DNA of 63,646 bases, the filler included, from Klebsormidium nitens (taxonomy: Eukaryota; Plantae; Klebsormidiophyceae), in assembly GCA_000708835.1 (NCBI GenBank). It is 4 parts of 4 records of this genome, joined end to end, with 100 filler letters (N's around TTAATTAATTAA, not from the genome) between each part and the next. Parts side by side here need not be neighbours in the genome. Positions count along the whole stretch, not along the records: positions 1 to 28,285 come from DF237063.1; 3 more parts are not named here. One strand, given 5' to 3'. The notes beneath the pieces were generated by a model. It was given only the letters and a program-made list of their open reading frames with translations. It searched no databases and was not told where the DNA came from. The translations under genes were made by a program, and so were the position numbers. Of this stretch, positions 1 through 12,320 are shown piece after piece. The first letter of the stretch is position 1, and each line of letters starts with the position of its first letter.

Positions 1-639
1 GACTCGCGACGGCGTCGGATGATCGACCTAGGCGGGCCGGGCACTGAGGCTAGGTAGCGCGACTAGGTAGCGCGATCCGGGGCCGGTGGATTCGCCTTTT
101 GACACCATTGTTGGATTAGCCAGGTATGTTGGATGATCTTGGATTGGCCGGCAGCTCGTGTACGGCTGGTCTGCCCGGGCAGAATCCCCAGGTTCGAACC
201 TCCAGCCAGCTCTCTTGGTGAGTTGCGCAACCCAGTCCCTAGCTCGTCGTTACCGCGTGCTGGGAATCATTCGAAGCTTCAAAGCTTCGAAGCTTCTAGC
301 CTGGCCTTCTGAACTAACCATTACCGTTCACTGAAAGTGTTGGGAGAGCATGCTTGCAGCACGAAGTGGACTCGGTTACTGAGGAGCATGTGCATTGCAA
401 GACTGGAGCGCTTTCCTGCTGGCAGAGGGCTAGCAGTGCTGGACCTTCAGCTGTTTTGGGCATCAGAGAAATATAGCCTAAAGCTTGGCTTGTGTGGGGC
501 TACGTCGAATCGTTTTCGAAGCTCAAGAAGGATATTGTCAAGCTGCCGGGCCGTCTGTGTTAGCGGCTGATGTCAAAGGATCCCTTAGGCAAGGGAGACT
601 AGTGAAAGCGCAGCTTGTTGACAAGGGAGCAGTGTAGAC

Positions 640-3600
640 ATGGTTTGGTGCAACTACTGCGCTCAGGATCAGGTCACAGAGCTTGACGAGACAAATGGCT
701 TCACCTGCTGTACGGGGTGTGGCCAGGTCTTGGAGGATACTGTGTACTCAACAGATCCTACCTTCTCAAAAGGGGCAGGAGGCCAGGTGCGTGGTTCTTG
801 TGATAGTTCAGGAATGTGCCAGCATTGCTCGTTTAGTGTAGATAGTTTTGTCGTCGTCTCTTTAGATACTTTCGATTCTCATATTTTGATTGTCTGTGGT
901 CACAGCCTGACCATTGTTCAAAAGCACTTGAACTTGCTTGACAAAACACTAATTCTCACCAAGATTGGCAAATGTTCCTGCCATCATCTTGCCCCCGTGC
1001 AGCTCGTGCTGCAGAAATCAGTGCCTCCGTGTTTCCGGTTTTGTCTGAGAATGCCCTTGTCAAACTAGAAATCCCATTGTTTGCCCTTTTGTTGCAAAGC
1101 TTCATAATGTGTGTGCTGAAAGGCTCACATTTGGTTCTTAACAACAGCATTCGTTGCATTTGCAGAGTCAAGTTGATGGCAACTTTGTAGCTTCAGAGTT
1201 CAACACGAGCAGCTTGAACCGGCTGGCTGGACCAAGAGGCCGGGTGTTTGGGACACAAGCTGACAGTCATGAGAAGACCATCAGCAAAGGGAAGCACGAG
1301 ATCACGGAGATTGTGGAGAGGCTGCAGGTAGGTGCCTTAGAGAATGCTCGCTTACAGGGCGATAACATGTGCAGCAGACATTGGATATCATCGTTCAGAA
1401 TATCATAAAACTTATGTGTGTGTTGTGTATACTCCCCAAACTTCTGGCAGAGAGAGAAGCTTTGACATTTTCTCCCCCCCCCCTTCAATGCATGCCTCGT
1501 CCAGTTTTGATAACCATGTAAACACTTCCTTCTCTATTTCAACGTCTCTTGAAGAATGCATACAATATCATCTGCAAAGTTCCTTACAGCCTTCATCTCC
1601 TTGCGCCCCTTTCCTGAGACAGAAGTTTCATGTCTTGATAGACTCGCTCTGCCTGCTCCACAGATACGGCCACGAGAGGACATCATTGCATCCGCGCACC
1701 GCTTGTACAAGCTCGGCGTGCAGCGCAACTTCACACGGGGCCGCAGGACGCAGCAAGTGGCTGCGGCGTGCCTCTACATCATTTGCCGACAGGAGAGCAA
1801 GCCATGGATGCTTATCGACTTCTCCGATTGTCTGCAAACAAACGTGTAAGTCCGGCTAGTAAGTGCATCTTTCTGTGTTTGAAGCCAGTGGGGTGTCACC
1901 TTTTTGAGCCAGAGCCTGTTAGCATTTTTTCTCTGGCCTTCACTGTGGCCGAAATCCTTGAAGGTTGCCTCAAACGTCTGCCATCAGTGGGGTAAGGCGG
2001 CAGGAGTGTCAGCTGCTGGACAACTAGACGACAGCGGAGCCATCAATCGCTAAGCAAAGCCCTGTTCTGTGTCTTGAGCCCTTGTGTCAAGGACATTCAC
2101 GGTGGTATCCTGACTGACATAACCCATGGGTTAAGGCAGAACTGCTTGTACGTGCTAGCTGCGAGTGCAGGGTACCTCGAGCAATGTAACTAACTATTGA
2201 CCTGACATTGCTTGTGCTCTATCCATCTGCAGATATGTCCTTGGCGCGGTCTTCTTGCAGCTGTGCCGCCTGCTCAGCCTGACTGAGCACCCCATCATGC
2301 AGAAGCCAGTGGACCCCAGTCTCTTCATTCATCGTTTTGCGGACAGTAAGTGTTCCTTCTCCAGGTCCCTTGGCCTGCGCGGCTGCGGCTTTCATCCTTG
2401 CGGTTGTATCCCTCCAACGGCGAGGGCTGTTAGATGTGCATGTCCCATCTTTTGACAAATGCGGTTTTGGGTCTGCACGAACCCCCAGGCTTTAGTATAA
2501 TCAATAGCATTTGTTGTAAGGTGGACTTGTGTCCTCTGAAGCAAAATAACGAAAAAAGAGAGGGTGTTGCTGTTTACTCCAAACTCGACGAAAGTTGCAT
2601 TGATCATGTCGGCAAGTTTCCCCGAATGCAGAGGAACATTCGGGAATGATGCTACCGGCATTTTAATCAGCTGACGTTTCTTTGCATGCTTGCAGAGTTG
2701 GATTTTGGGGAGAGGAAGAAGCACTTGGTAGCAAACACGGCTCTCCGGTTGGTGGCCAGCATGAAGCGGGACTGGATGCAGGCGAGCACCTGATCTCTCC
2801 CTTTTCTAGTTGTTCATTTTGGATGCCGTCCTTGCAGAGCATCTGTCAAAACGATTGTCCTACGTTTTGTATGTCACTTGAAGGAATCTGTCTATGTACA
2901 ACCTCAAGCACAGGTTCGATCCGCGAAAAAGCAGCAGAGCAGACAGCTGATGGGGGATCCGTGCATCCATCCTTGAAGTGTATGCGTGCTTTTGATTTGG
3001 CGACAGTGTACTGCTGCCCGTACCTCTTGATGGAGTCCCTCAATGGGTGTGCGTTTGACATGTCAGATCTGCTCCAATTTTTTTGACCAGTCCGCAGAAG
3101 AGAGTTACTCTTCTCTACAAGCGCTCTACGAACCTCCTTCAGTGGTTTCAGAGGTGCTGGATTGTTTTGTTGGTCTGACGGACCTTCAGCTGCCAAGGGA
3201 AGCTTAAGCTCATCTTGTCTCCAACCACTGCTGCAGACTGGACGGCGGCCGAGTGGGATCTGCGGAGCCGCCCTGTTTATCGCAGCCCACATTCACGGTT
3301 TTGAGCGCTCCAAGAAGGACATCGTGGCTATCGTACACATCTGCGAGGCGACGCTGAAGAAGCGTCTGATCGAGTTTGAGAAGACGGAGTCTGGCAGCCT
3401 AACTGTGAGTTTCCAAGCGATCTTGGTTGCGGCGTCGACCCCACGCGGTGCCTGCGGTCAACGATTTACCATTGGCAGAGTTCCAATGACGTCTTGCTCT
3501 GCAACAGCCTTTCCATGACGAGGAACAGGGAGGAAGCCTTCTGCATTGCTTCGTGGATTGGACTTGTTTCAAATCTCGAAGCTGCAGCTGACGCGCCTAT

Positions 3601-6118
3601 CCGAACTCGTCCCTCTTGCTAAAGCAGACCTCTCGTGTCACCCCAGATTGTTGCAGCACGGTGCCGGTGCCTGCTTCTCTAGTGCAGCCATTTTGCACAT
3701 GATGCCAGTATCCGTTTCCGAGTCTGATTTGCCACCTTGTACCCTTTGAGTCGTTGCTCGCAGACGATTCATCCTCACAATGAGCAACTTCTGACATTCT
3801 GACAGATTGTTGCGGCCCTTTACAGGCCGAAGAGTTTGAGGTGAAAGCAAAGGAGTTTGAAATAGAGGCGCATCGCCCGCTCTCGCTTTCCGCGGGCAAC
3901 GCCGGCACCCTTACGGTGCCTCAGGAGGTGACGTGTATGCATCGGGGCATGGGAGAGGCGCACTATGCGCTTGGGCTGTGTAAATGTTGCTATGACGAGG
4001 TAATGCATGCCGAGTCGCGGGATATAGTGGTAAATTCTTGCATATACACCTTTGCAGTGGGAGTCCGGTTGCGACTAGAACATTGCCGACAACGTCCCCA
4101 AAATGTCAAGGTTCTGTGAGTTTAGCGCTTTGCGCAAGCATCCTCCTCCTTCACGTGTTGAATCTCGACGTCGTTTCCGGATTCCAGAATTCGCCCTGCG
4201 TGCAACTCACGTGTCGTCCCATTGCTTTGCAGTTCATCAAAGTTTCGGGGGGCACTGGCGGCAGCGGTTCCGCCCCCCCGGCCTTTCAGCGCGCGGAGCA
4301 GGCGCGCACCGCAGAGGAGCTGGAGAAGCAGCGGCTCCTCAAAGTGCTCGCGGCGGACGACGCGGGCCTCGACAAAAATGCCGAGTCGTACGCGGAGGAA
4401 CTGGCGAAGCGCGCCGTGATCCACCGTAAGGTGCGGCGGAAGCGCAAGGGCCTCGCAGAGGCGTTCCGGGAGACGGTCGCCTCGCGCCGCATGGAACAGG
4501 AGATGGAGGAGGCGCTGGGTAGCCTGGACGTGGCGACCATCGAGGGGGGCCTGCACGCCGCGCGCCTGAGCGACGGCTCCGGGGCGACGACGAGCCAGGG
4601 GGAAACGGCCCACAGCGGCGCGTCGAATGCGGGGAGTCCGTCCGGGAGCAGGGACGGGACGCCGTCGCCCCGGGGGGATACCCCCGCCGCGGACGGGCAG
4701 CGGTCGCCCCTCGGTAGTCGAATGCCCGGAGGGGTTGCGAGTCCGAGCGTGAGACTGGAAGGGTTGAAAGGGCGACCGTCACCGGTCTCACCGCTGCGGC
4801 CCGCGAATGCTGCTCGGCCGGGAGCTGCGGAAATGCAATCGGCGGAGGCAAACGGAGCCCCCATGGTGAAAGCCGGCGAAGCGAGTAGGAAAGTAGAGGA
4901 GGAGATCGACGGGAGGGTGAGCGATGGCGAGGAGGAAGAGCAACTAGAGGGGGAGGTTGTGAACGAACCGGAAGAAGAGGAGGACCGGCTGTCGGATATT
5001 GACGATGACGAAGTGGACGGGTATTTGCATACGGAAGAGGAGGTCAAGATGAAGAGCATCATTTGGGAGGAGCTGCATAAGGAGTATTTGGCGGACCAGG
5101 AGTCGAAGCGCGCGGCGGTTGAGGCCGCGGAGGCGGCCCATGTGGCGGCGATCACAGCGGCAAAGGACAACGCGGTCGGGGCGGAGCAACTAGAGGCGGC
5201 AGAGCAGGTGCGCCAGATGTTTTCCTGTTGGGGAGATGGATTTTTGAAAATTTAAACCTGGGGCGTATTGACGGTAGAAGCTCCGCGTCTCATCAGATGC
5301 AGAAGCGAGGACATTTCGTCCTGCTTCGACGGGCTGCGGCAATCTCTTTCTGCCCTCTTATTTTGCTTGACAAGAAGGACTTCAATTTGCTCGCTTTCAT
5401 TTTCTACTGGAGGCGCATTGAGGAGACTACTCCTGCAAATCCCGATCCTTTGGGTGACCGTACGATTCTCGTGCCAACTTGCGTAGGACAACAACGCTTA
5501 TTGTATCCTTGCGTGTCTCTGCAGATCGCAGCGGCGGCGGTGGCGGCCGTGCGCGCGAAGAAGGAGCGCAAGAAGAAGGAGAAAGCTGCTGGAAAGGAGG
5601 CGGGCCCCGCCGAGTCGGCAGCGAGCGCCACACACCGCATGCTGGCCAGCCGGAAACTGAGTTCCAAAGTCAACTATACGGTTCTGGCGCAACTGTTCAA
5701 AACGGGGAGTAGCAGCGGAGACGCAAAGGGCGCCAAGCGGAAACAGGAGCCGGTCGACGCGAAGCAGCCGAGCCCGTGGGTGCAACCGGGGGCCGCAAAG
5801 AAAAGCAAACCGGATGCGCGAAAAGGGCGGCGGGTCACGTTTGCGGAGGATGGGCAGGCGCAAGACCAAGTGGTGCAGCCGAAGGTGGGCAAGAGTCGCT
5901 TGGGGCGGTCGTCTGAGTTGGCGGGGAAAGCGCGGACGGTGGCGTCAGAACGAGCGGCGGAGAAGGCGGCTGAGGCGCAGAAGGGTGCACAGAGGGAGCC
6001 GGAGAGGGGGGAGGATGTGGAAGAGACGGCTCGGAGGGAGATTCAACAGATGGAGGACTTGGTGCCCGAGACTGGCGGGTATGGGGATGACTACGACTCT
6101 GAGTACTACAATTACTGA
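640..6118 (+). CDS. BRF1: Transcription factor IIIB subunit BRF1 (multi-exon; approx. exons 640-786, 1165-1328, ~1662-1846, ~2233-2346, ~2697-2781, 3237-~3404, ~3827-3999, ~4234-5207, ~5525-6118)
   Basis: N-terminal Zn ribbon (CNYC...CTGC); TFIIB-like cyclin repeats (NFTRGRRTQQVAAACLYIICR; MKRDWMQ|TGRRPSGICGAALFIAA); plant-type motif GLCKCCYDE|FIKVSGG...PPAFQRAE; C-terminal TBP-binding block LSDIDDDEVDGYLHTEEEVKMKSIIWEELHKEYL and KLSSKVNY. Splice sites join these blocks in frame. Confidence 0.95.
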
Positions 6119-7102
6119 TCTCTTGGTCTGAAAGTGGGAACGTTTCAAGTCCACTGCTTCGAGGTCTATTATTGTGTATGTATGTGAAACGTGTACATTA
6201 GACAGCTGTTTTTAATAAGAATGAAGAAGAACAGGTATTTCCAGTACGGTACGACCAACTTCCAAACACCCTGATGGAGAGGGCAGCTTGCCAGGCTATA
6301 GAAATCATCGTCCTGCATGAGCAATTGTTGACATCTGCCCCGGCACTGGTTCATATGCTGATTGCGAGTCTGCGTATATATGCTGTAGTTCTCAGACACG
6401 TTTAAGTACTTAATAAGATAGTCGCAGATTCGAATCTGGCGACAATCATTGAATGTCTCATGCATAAGATGGCTGGTCGACGTCATAAAGAGTATATGCG
6501 GGTATTGGCAGAACTTCTCATATGCAGTGCCGTAGAGTGGCACCGCGGCCGCGGCCGCCCCAATCCGTCAACTATACATGTTCAATAGTTTTTCAGAAGT
6601 TGCACGTGCATGAGCGAGTTAGTCTTCGATTGGACATGATCTTTATCGCGATCAAGGGCACTGCAAGATTGAATCGTTGTAGTATCACTGATATATATGA
6701 GGATCCACATGCAACGTGAACATATCATTGAACATGATATAAACAGATTCATAAGGTACCGTACACAAGTCTTGCGGAGATCCAAAGCTGCAGCATCACA
6801 TGCCATGCCAACTGCAGCATCCATAACTCGAATGCGACACGATTGGCCTTGCCCCGATGAACATGCATGCTGGTTCTGTGTACGTGCATCAACATTGAGA
6901 CGATGTTTACAACCTGCCAATCACAACAGCCAGACCTAGCTCTCTCACAGAGCTCTCTAGCTGACCAAACCTCACTTCAACAAAAGTGTCAGCTTTCTTC
7001 TCCCGCTTAAAATGGATCTCGCACCTACCTTTGAACCTCCCGGCTCGAGGAATCTATGAGTTGCTCTGACTTGGTTTCCTCCTAATTACTTTCTCCTGAC
7101 TT

Positions 7103-7774
7103 TCATTCAGTCGCAGTTCGTGCCATTTTGAGAATCAAGTCCCTTATTTCTTGTCTCAGACTCGTGATTCTCGCAGGCGTTACGCTTGCCTCAATGATTT
7201 CTGATAGCCTTCGGCCTTCCGAATTCGTGTACCACTCGCACAAGCACTTTGCCACACCCAGCACGTAGACACCGCAATCCCACCCGTTAACCTGTTGAGG
7301 ACTAAATTGAGGAATCATTTCAAGACTCTTTCCAAGAAGCCCTTTGGAAAGCAGGTCTGTCAAATGTTGCGCATACCTCTTGTTGCTTCCGCTGGCTGAG
7401 TCGTAGTGCACAAACTTCCCATTTGAGGCGCCGTCACCCCTGAAAAAAGCTAACAAGCTCCAGTGTGTCCCGCCTCCGGACAAGTCAAGCTCCTGATTGT
7501 CGTTGATAGCCAGCAATATGACGTCTTTCTGGACCAACTCTAAATGTGCAAGAGTCTTTTTGAAGTCTGCTTGGTCGGGGCTGTTGGCCAGCCAGAAACT
7601 AACCGAAGGCCCCAAGCACACAAAGTTCGCCTCACCGATGCATTCCTTCTGAAGATACTCGAAGTAGAAACTAATGATATTATCATTCAGCCAGTTGGGT
7701 GCATTCAAGAGAGCTAAGTCGCTGGCGCGAAGAAACGCGTCACCGTAGCTCAGCACTTTGACATCCCCTTTCAT
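7103..7774 (-). CDS. SENP8: NEDD8-specific protease (Ulp1/C48 family, DEN1/NEDP1), single coding exon, 223 aa
   Basis: VLSYGDAFLRASDLALL..PNWLNDNIISFYFEYL start; catalytic His (THWSLL), Asp (HYDS) and Gln/Cys (QQVNGWDCGVYV). Confidence 0.93.
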   Translation of the reverse strand: MKGDVKVLSYGDAFLRASDLALLNAPNWLNDNIISFYFEYLQKECIGEANFVCLGPSVSFWLANSPDQADFKKTLAHLELVQKDVILLAINDNQELDLSGGGTHWSLLAFFRGDGASNGKFVHYDSASGSNKRYAQHLTDLLSKGLLGKSLEMIPQFSPQQVNGWDCGVYVLGVAKCLCEWYTNSEGRRLSEIIEASVTPARITSLRQEIRDLILKMARTATE

Positions 7775-9200
7775 TTTCTACTGAGCTCTAAAAACGATCT
7801 AATTGGTCCAGCTAGCTTCTGAAAACACGAAGAGGGGTGACCTGATAGTTCTTAAATCGAAGGGTTTCAAAGTTCAGCGCACTCAATAGAAGTTTCTCAA
7901 AGCGCAGCGCACTTTATAGAAGTTTCGTTTCTTGACTATCTGCAAGGAACGCGAATGAGTGCTGAGGCATCGCGAAATGGACACAGGCAGATCAAATTTC
8001 AAGAGTCTCTGGGGCTGTGCTGCATGAAGGAGTTCTGATGTCAAAAATTACAGCACAAATGCAACGAGGAATGTGCATATTGCCCCTACTTGGCTTAAGT
8101 GGGTTCAGCAGCATGGCGATCTGTCTTGAAACATTATCATCAAAGAAACATTATCATCAACCTGAGTTCTGTGCATGCCGAGGATTGAAGGCAGAACCAA
8201 GTTCCAACTTCCAAGACGACGACTGACTGCAGTTGGACCCAAGGCGCTAGGACCTAGGACCTAGCTGGCTCTGGCACTTTCTACCTGTGTATCAATGTCG
8301 TAGACATTTAAAGACTCGTAGGTAGGATAGGTATTGCAATTTGCAGCACGAACAGGATCTACTCAGCCTTCAGGACGAACTGACTGGGACCGGTCACCGA
8401 GTGCCGGGCGGTGGTCATCTGGGAACCCCGACTTTTTCAAGGCACCTCGCCGCCGTTGGTATCCGCAGGGGCCCGGGGGCCTTCTCCGGCTGCCTTTGAG
8501 TTTTTGGACCGCCGAGCGCCGGGCGGCGGCCCGGCCGCCGTCACCATGGTCAGATTTCTCAAGTTTGCCACGTCGGCCCAAACATCCTTTCCATTGGTTT
8601 GTCACCGTACGTTTCCAGACTTGATCAAATCTTGATACAATCTGAAGCCAGCACTCCTTCCAGTTTCTGCTCCCAAGTTCATGGACTTCTTCACTGAATC
8701 TTCAGTGGGTTTGTTCAATGTTGACGCACTGTCGTCATGCTGATAGGCATAAACTAGACAGTGTTTGGCCTGACGACTATTATATGGCCTTGTCAACATG
8801 TGTATCTTCAGAGCTCGACAATGATGGCTCTGGAGGATTTTGTGATACTACACGCGATGAAGGGCCATTAGGATGGCGTCGAAGCATGCATTTCGCCGTG
8901 CGCTTGAAACATGCTCAAAATTGCTATATTTTCTTTGTCATCTTCCCTTATCATCGCAAAAGACATTGCATGACAAGTGCCCGTGAACCGGCAATAACGG
9001 GCCAACAACAAATCTACAATTGTTCAATAGTGGCACACATAATATCGTGCGTGTGACTGTTGAGGGAGCAAAACTGCTTATTGCGCAATTTCCACCAAAC
9101 GAGGGGAGAGGCTAACATGTTTATTTACTACAACGGCCCCACTTTCTATAGACGAACCACTCACGAGATGCAAACTACCGTCCACTCAGTCTGTCAATGT

Positions 9201-11588
9201 CTAGTCTTGGAGAGCACCCAAAACCAAGGCCGTCACGAAAGCACCCCCGGCTCCAGCTAAGCACAGAACTGCCAAGGTGTACTGAAGGGCAAGGAGGACA
9301 GTAGTGTCATCCGGGATAAAAACTATGCTAGCAATGGAGGCCGCAAACAAAGGTAGGGCATATGACGCAATGACGCCCGGATTTGTGCCCGCCAGGTTCT
9401 CGACTAGTGACAATAGACCGAATTTCTCGGCCTTTGACAAGAGTCCAAGTTTCTCGATGGTGGACAGGGACAGCCCAGCGCCCTCAAGCTTGGAAAGAAC
9501 GCCGGCCTTCTCGATCCCGCTCAACAACTTCTTCTTCTCCAAAGACTGGATGATGTTGGCACCAGCGGTCTCGCTGCTCTCCGCAAAGTAGCCTGTGCCA
9601 AAGAAGCTCTTGGTCCAGGCCTCGTCATAAGCGTTCACCTGAAGCAAAGTCGCAAACATTTTCGGTCGTTCTTGCATTCGATGAACAAACAGGCCAAAAC
9701 AATCCTTAAATGAGATTGTAGGAATGCGTCCAGGATTTTCAATGGGCACAAAGAGGAAGCAAGCTTCTAGACCTCCAAACCACTTGATTCACAAAAGTTC
9801 AAAGTACAACCGAAGCATCAGATTTGATCCAGTTTGAGACATTCTTACATTTTTTCGTCAATGACTGAATTCTGAAAGCCTATTGCCAAGCATCGTATCT
9901 ATGGAAGTTGCCTAGCCTGTCCCATGAGCTCTTCATGGTGGCGACGAGTTGATTTAGATTAGTACTACATTGCGTCATAGTGGATAGAATTGTGCTAGAG
10001 GAGCCTTGACTTTGGGTTTGTCGAATAAGTCCGCTGGCGCTCTGAAGCCTGCGCGTCTAAATGACCGCAGTTTTTAGTAGTGCGAGCTGGCCCGAGATTG
10101 TTCATATTCAATGCAGCCATGTCAGTTTGGAATGGGGTCCAATGCTCAACACAATATGCAGTCCAGAAGCTGCTAAGCTGGACTGAAACAATTGTTTACA
10201 CAAAGGAGCTCAAAGCTTGCTTGAGCACCGTTCATTGCCTTCAAGAATGAAGCAAAGGCAGAAACATACGTAACCTTCGAGTTGAATTAGCAGACAAGAG
10301 GTTTAGCAGAATGATTGAATGCTTTTTAACAGAAATGTAACCCCCAACTTGTGTTTACCTAAACTGCTTGGACTGTTCTTAGGCAAAGAGGTGGGCAAAG
10401 CATTGGGCAGGCCTTTCCGCTGCCACGGAACTTTGCTTGCAAGACTGTGCTGACCTGCTCTTTGAACCTAACACATTTTTAGTGGATTTAACCTTGCATA
10501 CAGCCACAGCAGCAAAAAGACTCGGGACAAGTTGCGCGAAGGCGCTAGCGTTTAACTCATTCTGCAAAGTTGCAAACAAGACTGGTACAGAAAGCTGAAG
10601 CTTTCTCAAGCGGTACGGCAAATGAGTTGGTGCTAATAAGGGCAGTGAAAGTCTGCGCAGTTGGATATCTGGAAAACCCCGACATTCTTGCCTTGCCACT
10701 TGAAACAGATTGCACTGTTGCGGTCTTGGAACCCTATACATCCACAAATGCCTTCTTGTAAAACTTGCCACCAGTATGGATACCAAGGATTGAAGTAGAA
10801 AAGCTCTCGTGTTTTCCCGGGACGAGAGTGCATTCATTTTGATGCATTGTGGCGAAAAGGGTATTCTGCAGCTGAAGCCCAAGGACAAAAGGTACAAAAA
10901 GCGGCATGCAACAAAAAGAGGATGCATGTCATAAGAAGCAGACCAGTGAAAGTGCAAATCTCTTTTTGAATGCTGAAGAAGTAGGCTTCAGAAAACTGGG
11001 AAACACCAAAATCCAAATGAGCTGCCTTCATTTCTGATGAGCAGAAAGGTTCCTGGCACCATTTGTATAACAGTACCTTCATCAGCACAATGTTTGGTGC
11101 AGCGACACTCGTAGATCCAGGCTTTACGTAAGTTCATAGCTCTATTGAAGTCTCCGCTCAAGTAAGTGCTTATGATGGTTTCTGAAACTTTGAAAGTCAT
11201 GACAAACTGGAATGTCCTGCCTGCTTCCTGGTTTGCATTCAGGCAGCTCCAACCCGCAGATCTATGTACGCTTGAGAGGTTGAACCCCATCACCACAGTG
11301 TTTCAAGTTTCCATTGTGCTCATTCTGGTCCCCTGGTCACAGCCGTTGAAACAGAGGAAGGAAAGAACGGGGGCAGGCAGATCCAGATCTGTAGAAGGGG
11401 CAATGCCGGCCTACCTTCTTTTTGGGAACCATGGCCACAATGCTGGATTTCCTTGCTGATCTTTGCACTTTCCTGTTCATGACCGGGCTAACTTTCAAGC
11501 CCTCCGGCAGGCCGTGCGCCGACCCCAAAGACCGCGCCCCTGCTAGGCCAGTCACTGTGCAGCATTGCGTCGCCACCTGAGAAGCCAT
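9201..11588 (-). CDS. DUF1118-family plastid membrane protein; exons 11588-11415 and 9638-9201
   Basis: Exon 1 is a transit-peptide-like MASQVATQ...AMVPKKK ending at AAG|GTAGG. Exon 2 starts at TTCAG|GTG and gives PKKK|VNAYDEAWTKSFFGTG, then LLSGIEKAGVLSKLEGAGLSLSTIEKLGLLSKAEKFGLLS and two C-terminal TM helices, as in plant DUF1118 proteins. Confidence 0.85.
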
Positions 11589-12320
11589 CTTGGCCTTTTT
11601 AAGGACAGAGCGTGGCAGCTGCAAAACCTGTCTAAATGAGGGTGGTGCGCGCAGAAGTCTTGAGAGAGAAAGAGAAGCTTGAAATCGAGAGATGCATCAC
11701 AACCCCGTGACGCGTCAGCAACTTCAAAGCTTGCACTTGCACAGGATTGAGGAAGCAACCTCAGGCTCCGGAGGGGAAATCTGTTCCGACAAAATCGCCG
11801 TGCTCGTGCTTCGAACTTTCTTTGAAATCGGTGCTATACAGTCACCCAGCCACCGGTAGCGCAATGCTCGGGACTTTGAGAAAAGGCGATTCAGCCCCAC
11901 ATCTAGGGTGACCGGTAGCTAAAACCGGTCTGTGAGATTGGCTTTGGTTGCAGTACCGTGACCCCGGTACCGTACCGAATCTTGCACGTTGCAAAACTTC
12001 TTGACGTTGCAGAGCTCTTCAAAATCTTCCGAAGAGATGAGCTCAAGGCTGCTGGCAGTGCAAGCCTCAAGGGTCTAAGACTACACTGACAATAATTGCA
12101 GCTCTCCATTGCAATGCAGCTCTCGTGTGGTGGCTTGCGCCGAAATTTGTTGCTGAAGCTAATACGAGTATTGTGAACAAAGAGGAAGGTGATCAGTAGG
12201 GAGACACTCTTGGCGGCGGGCCAGGAAAAGAGTTGCTTGGAATCAGACAGATTCAACAATCAGGGGCATTCACCAGCTGCCAGCCCCTTGGTGCACAAGT
12301 GAGGGGAATCCTCTCGTCAA

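Noticed and set aside
164-207. tRNA gene
   Set aside because: Too short, no proper D or anticodon arm, and the T-stem does not pair; only the B-box is supported.
4286-5170. Long antisense ORFs over GC-rich exons (also 26201-27367, 34816-35745, 42658-43318, 52960-53553)
   Set aside because: Expected shadows of GC-rich coding sequence on the opposite strand.
7103-7774. Intronless SENP8 as a retrogene
   Set aside because: No poly(A) remnant or TSD, a likely 5'-UTR intron is present, and single-exon coding regions are not unusual for this small gene.
10379-11296. ORFs within the 1.8-kb DUF1118 intron
   Set aside because: Short, no motifs, no supporting splice structure.
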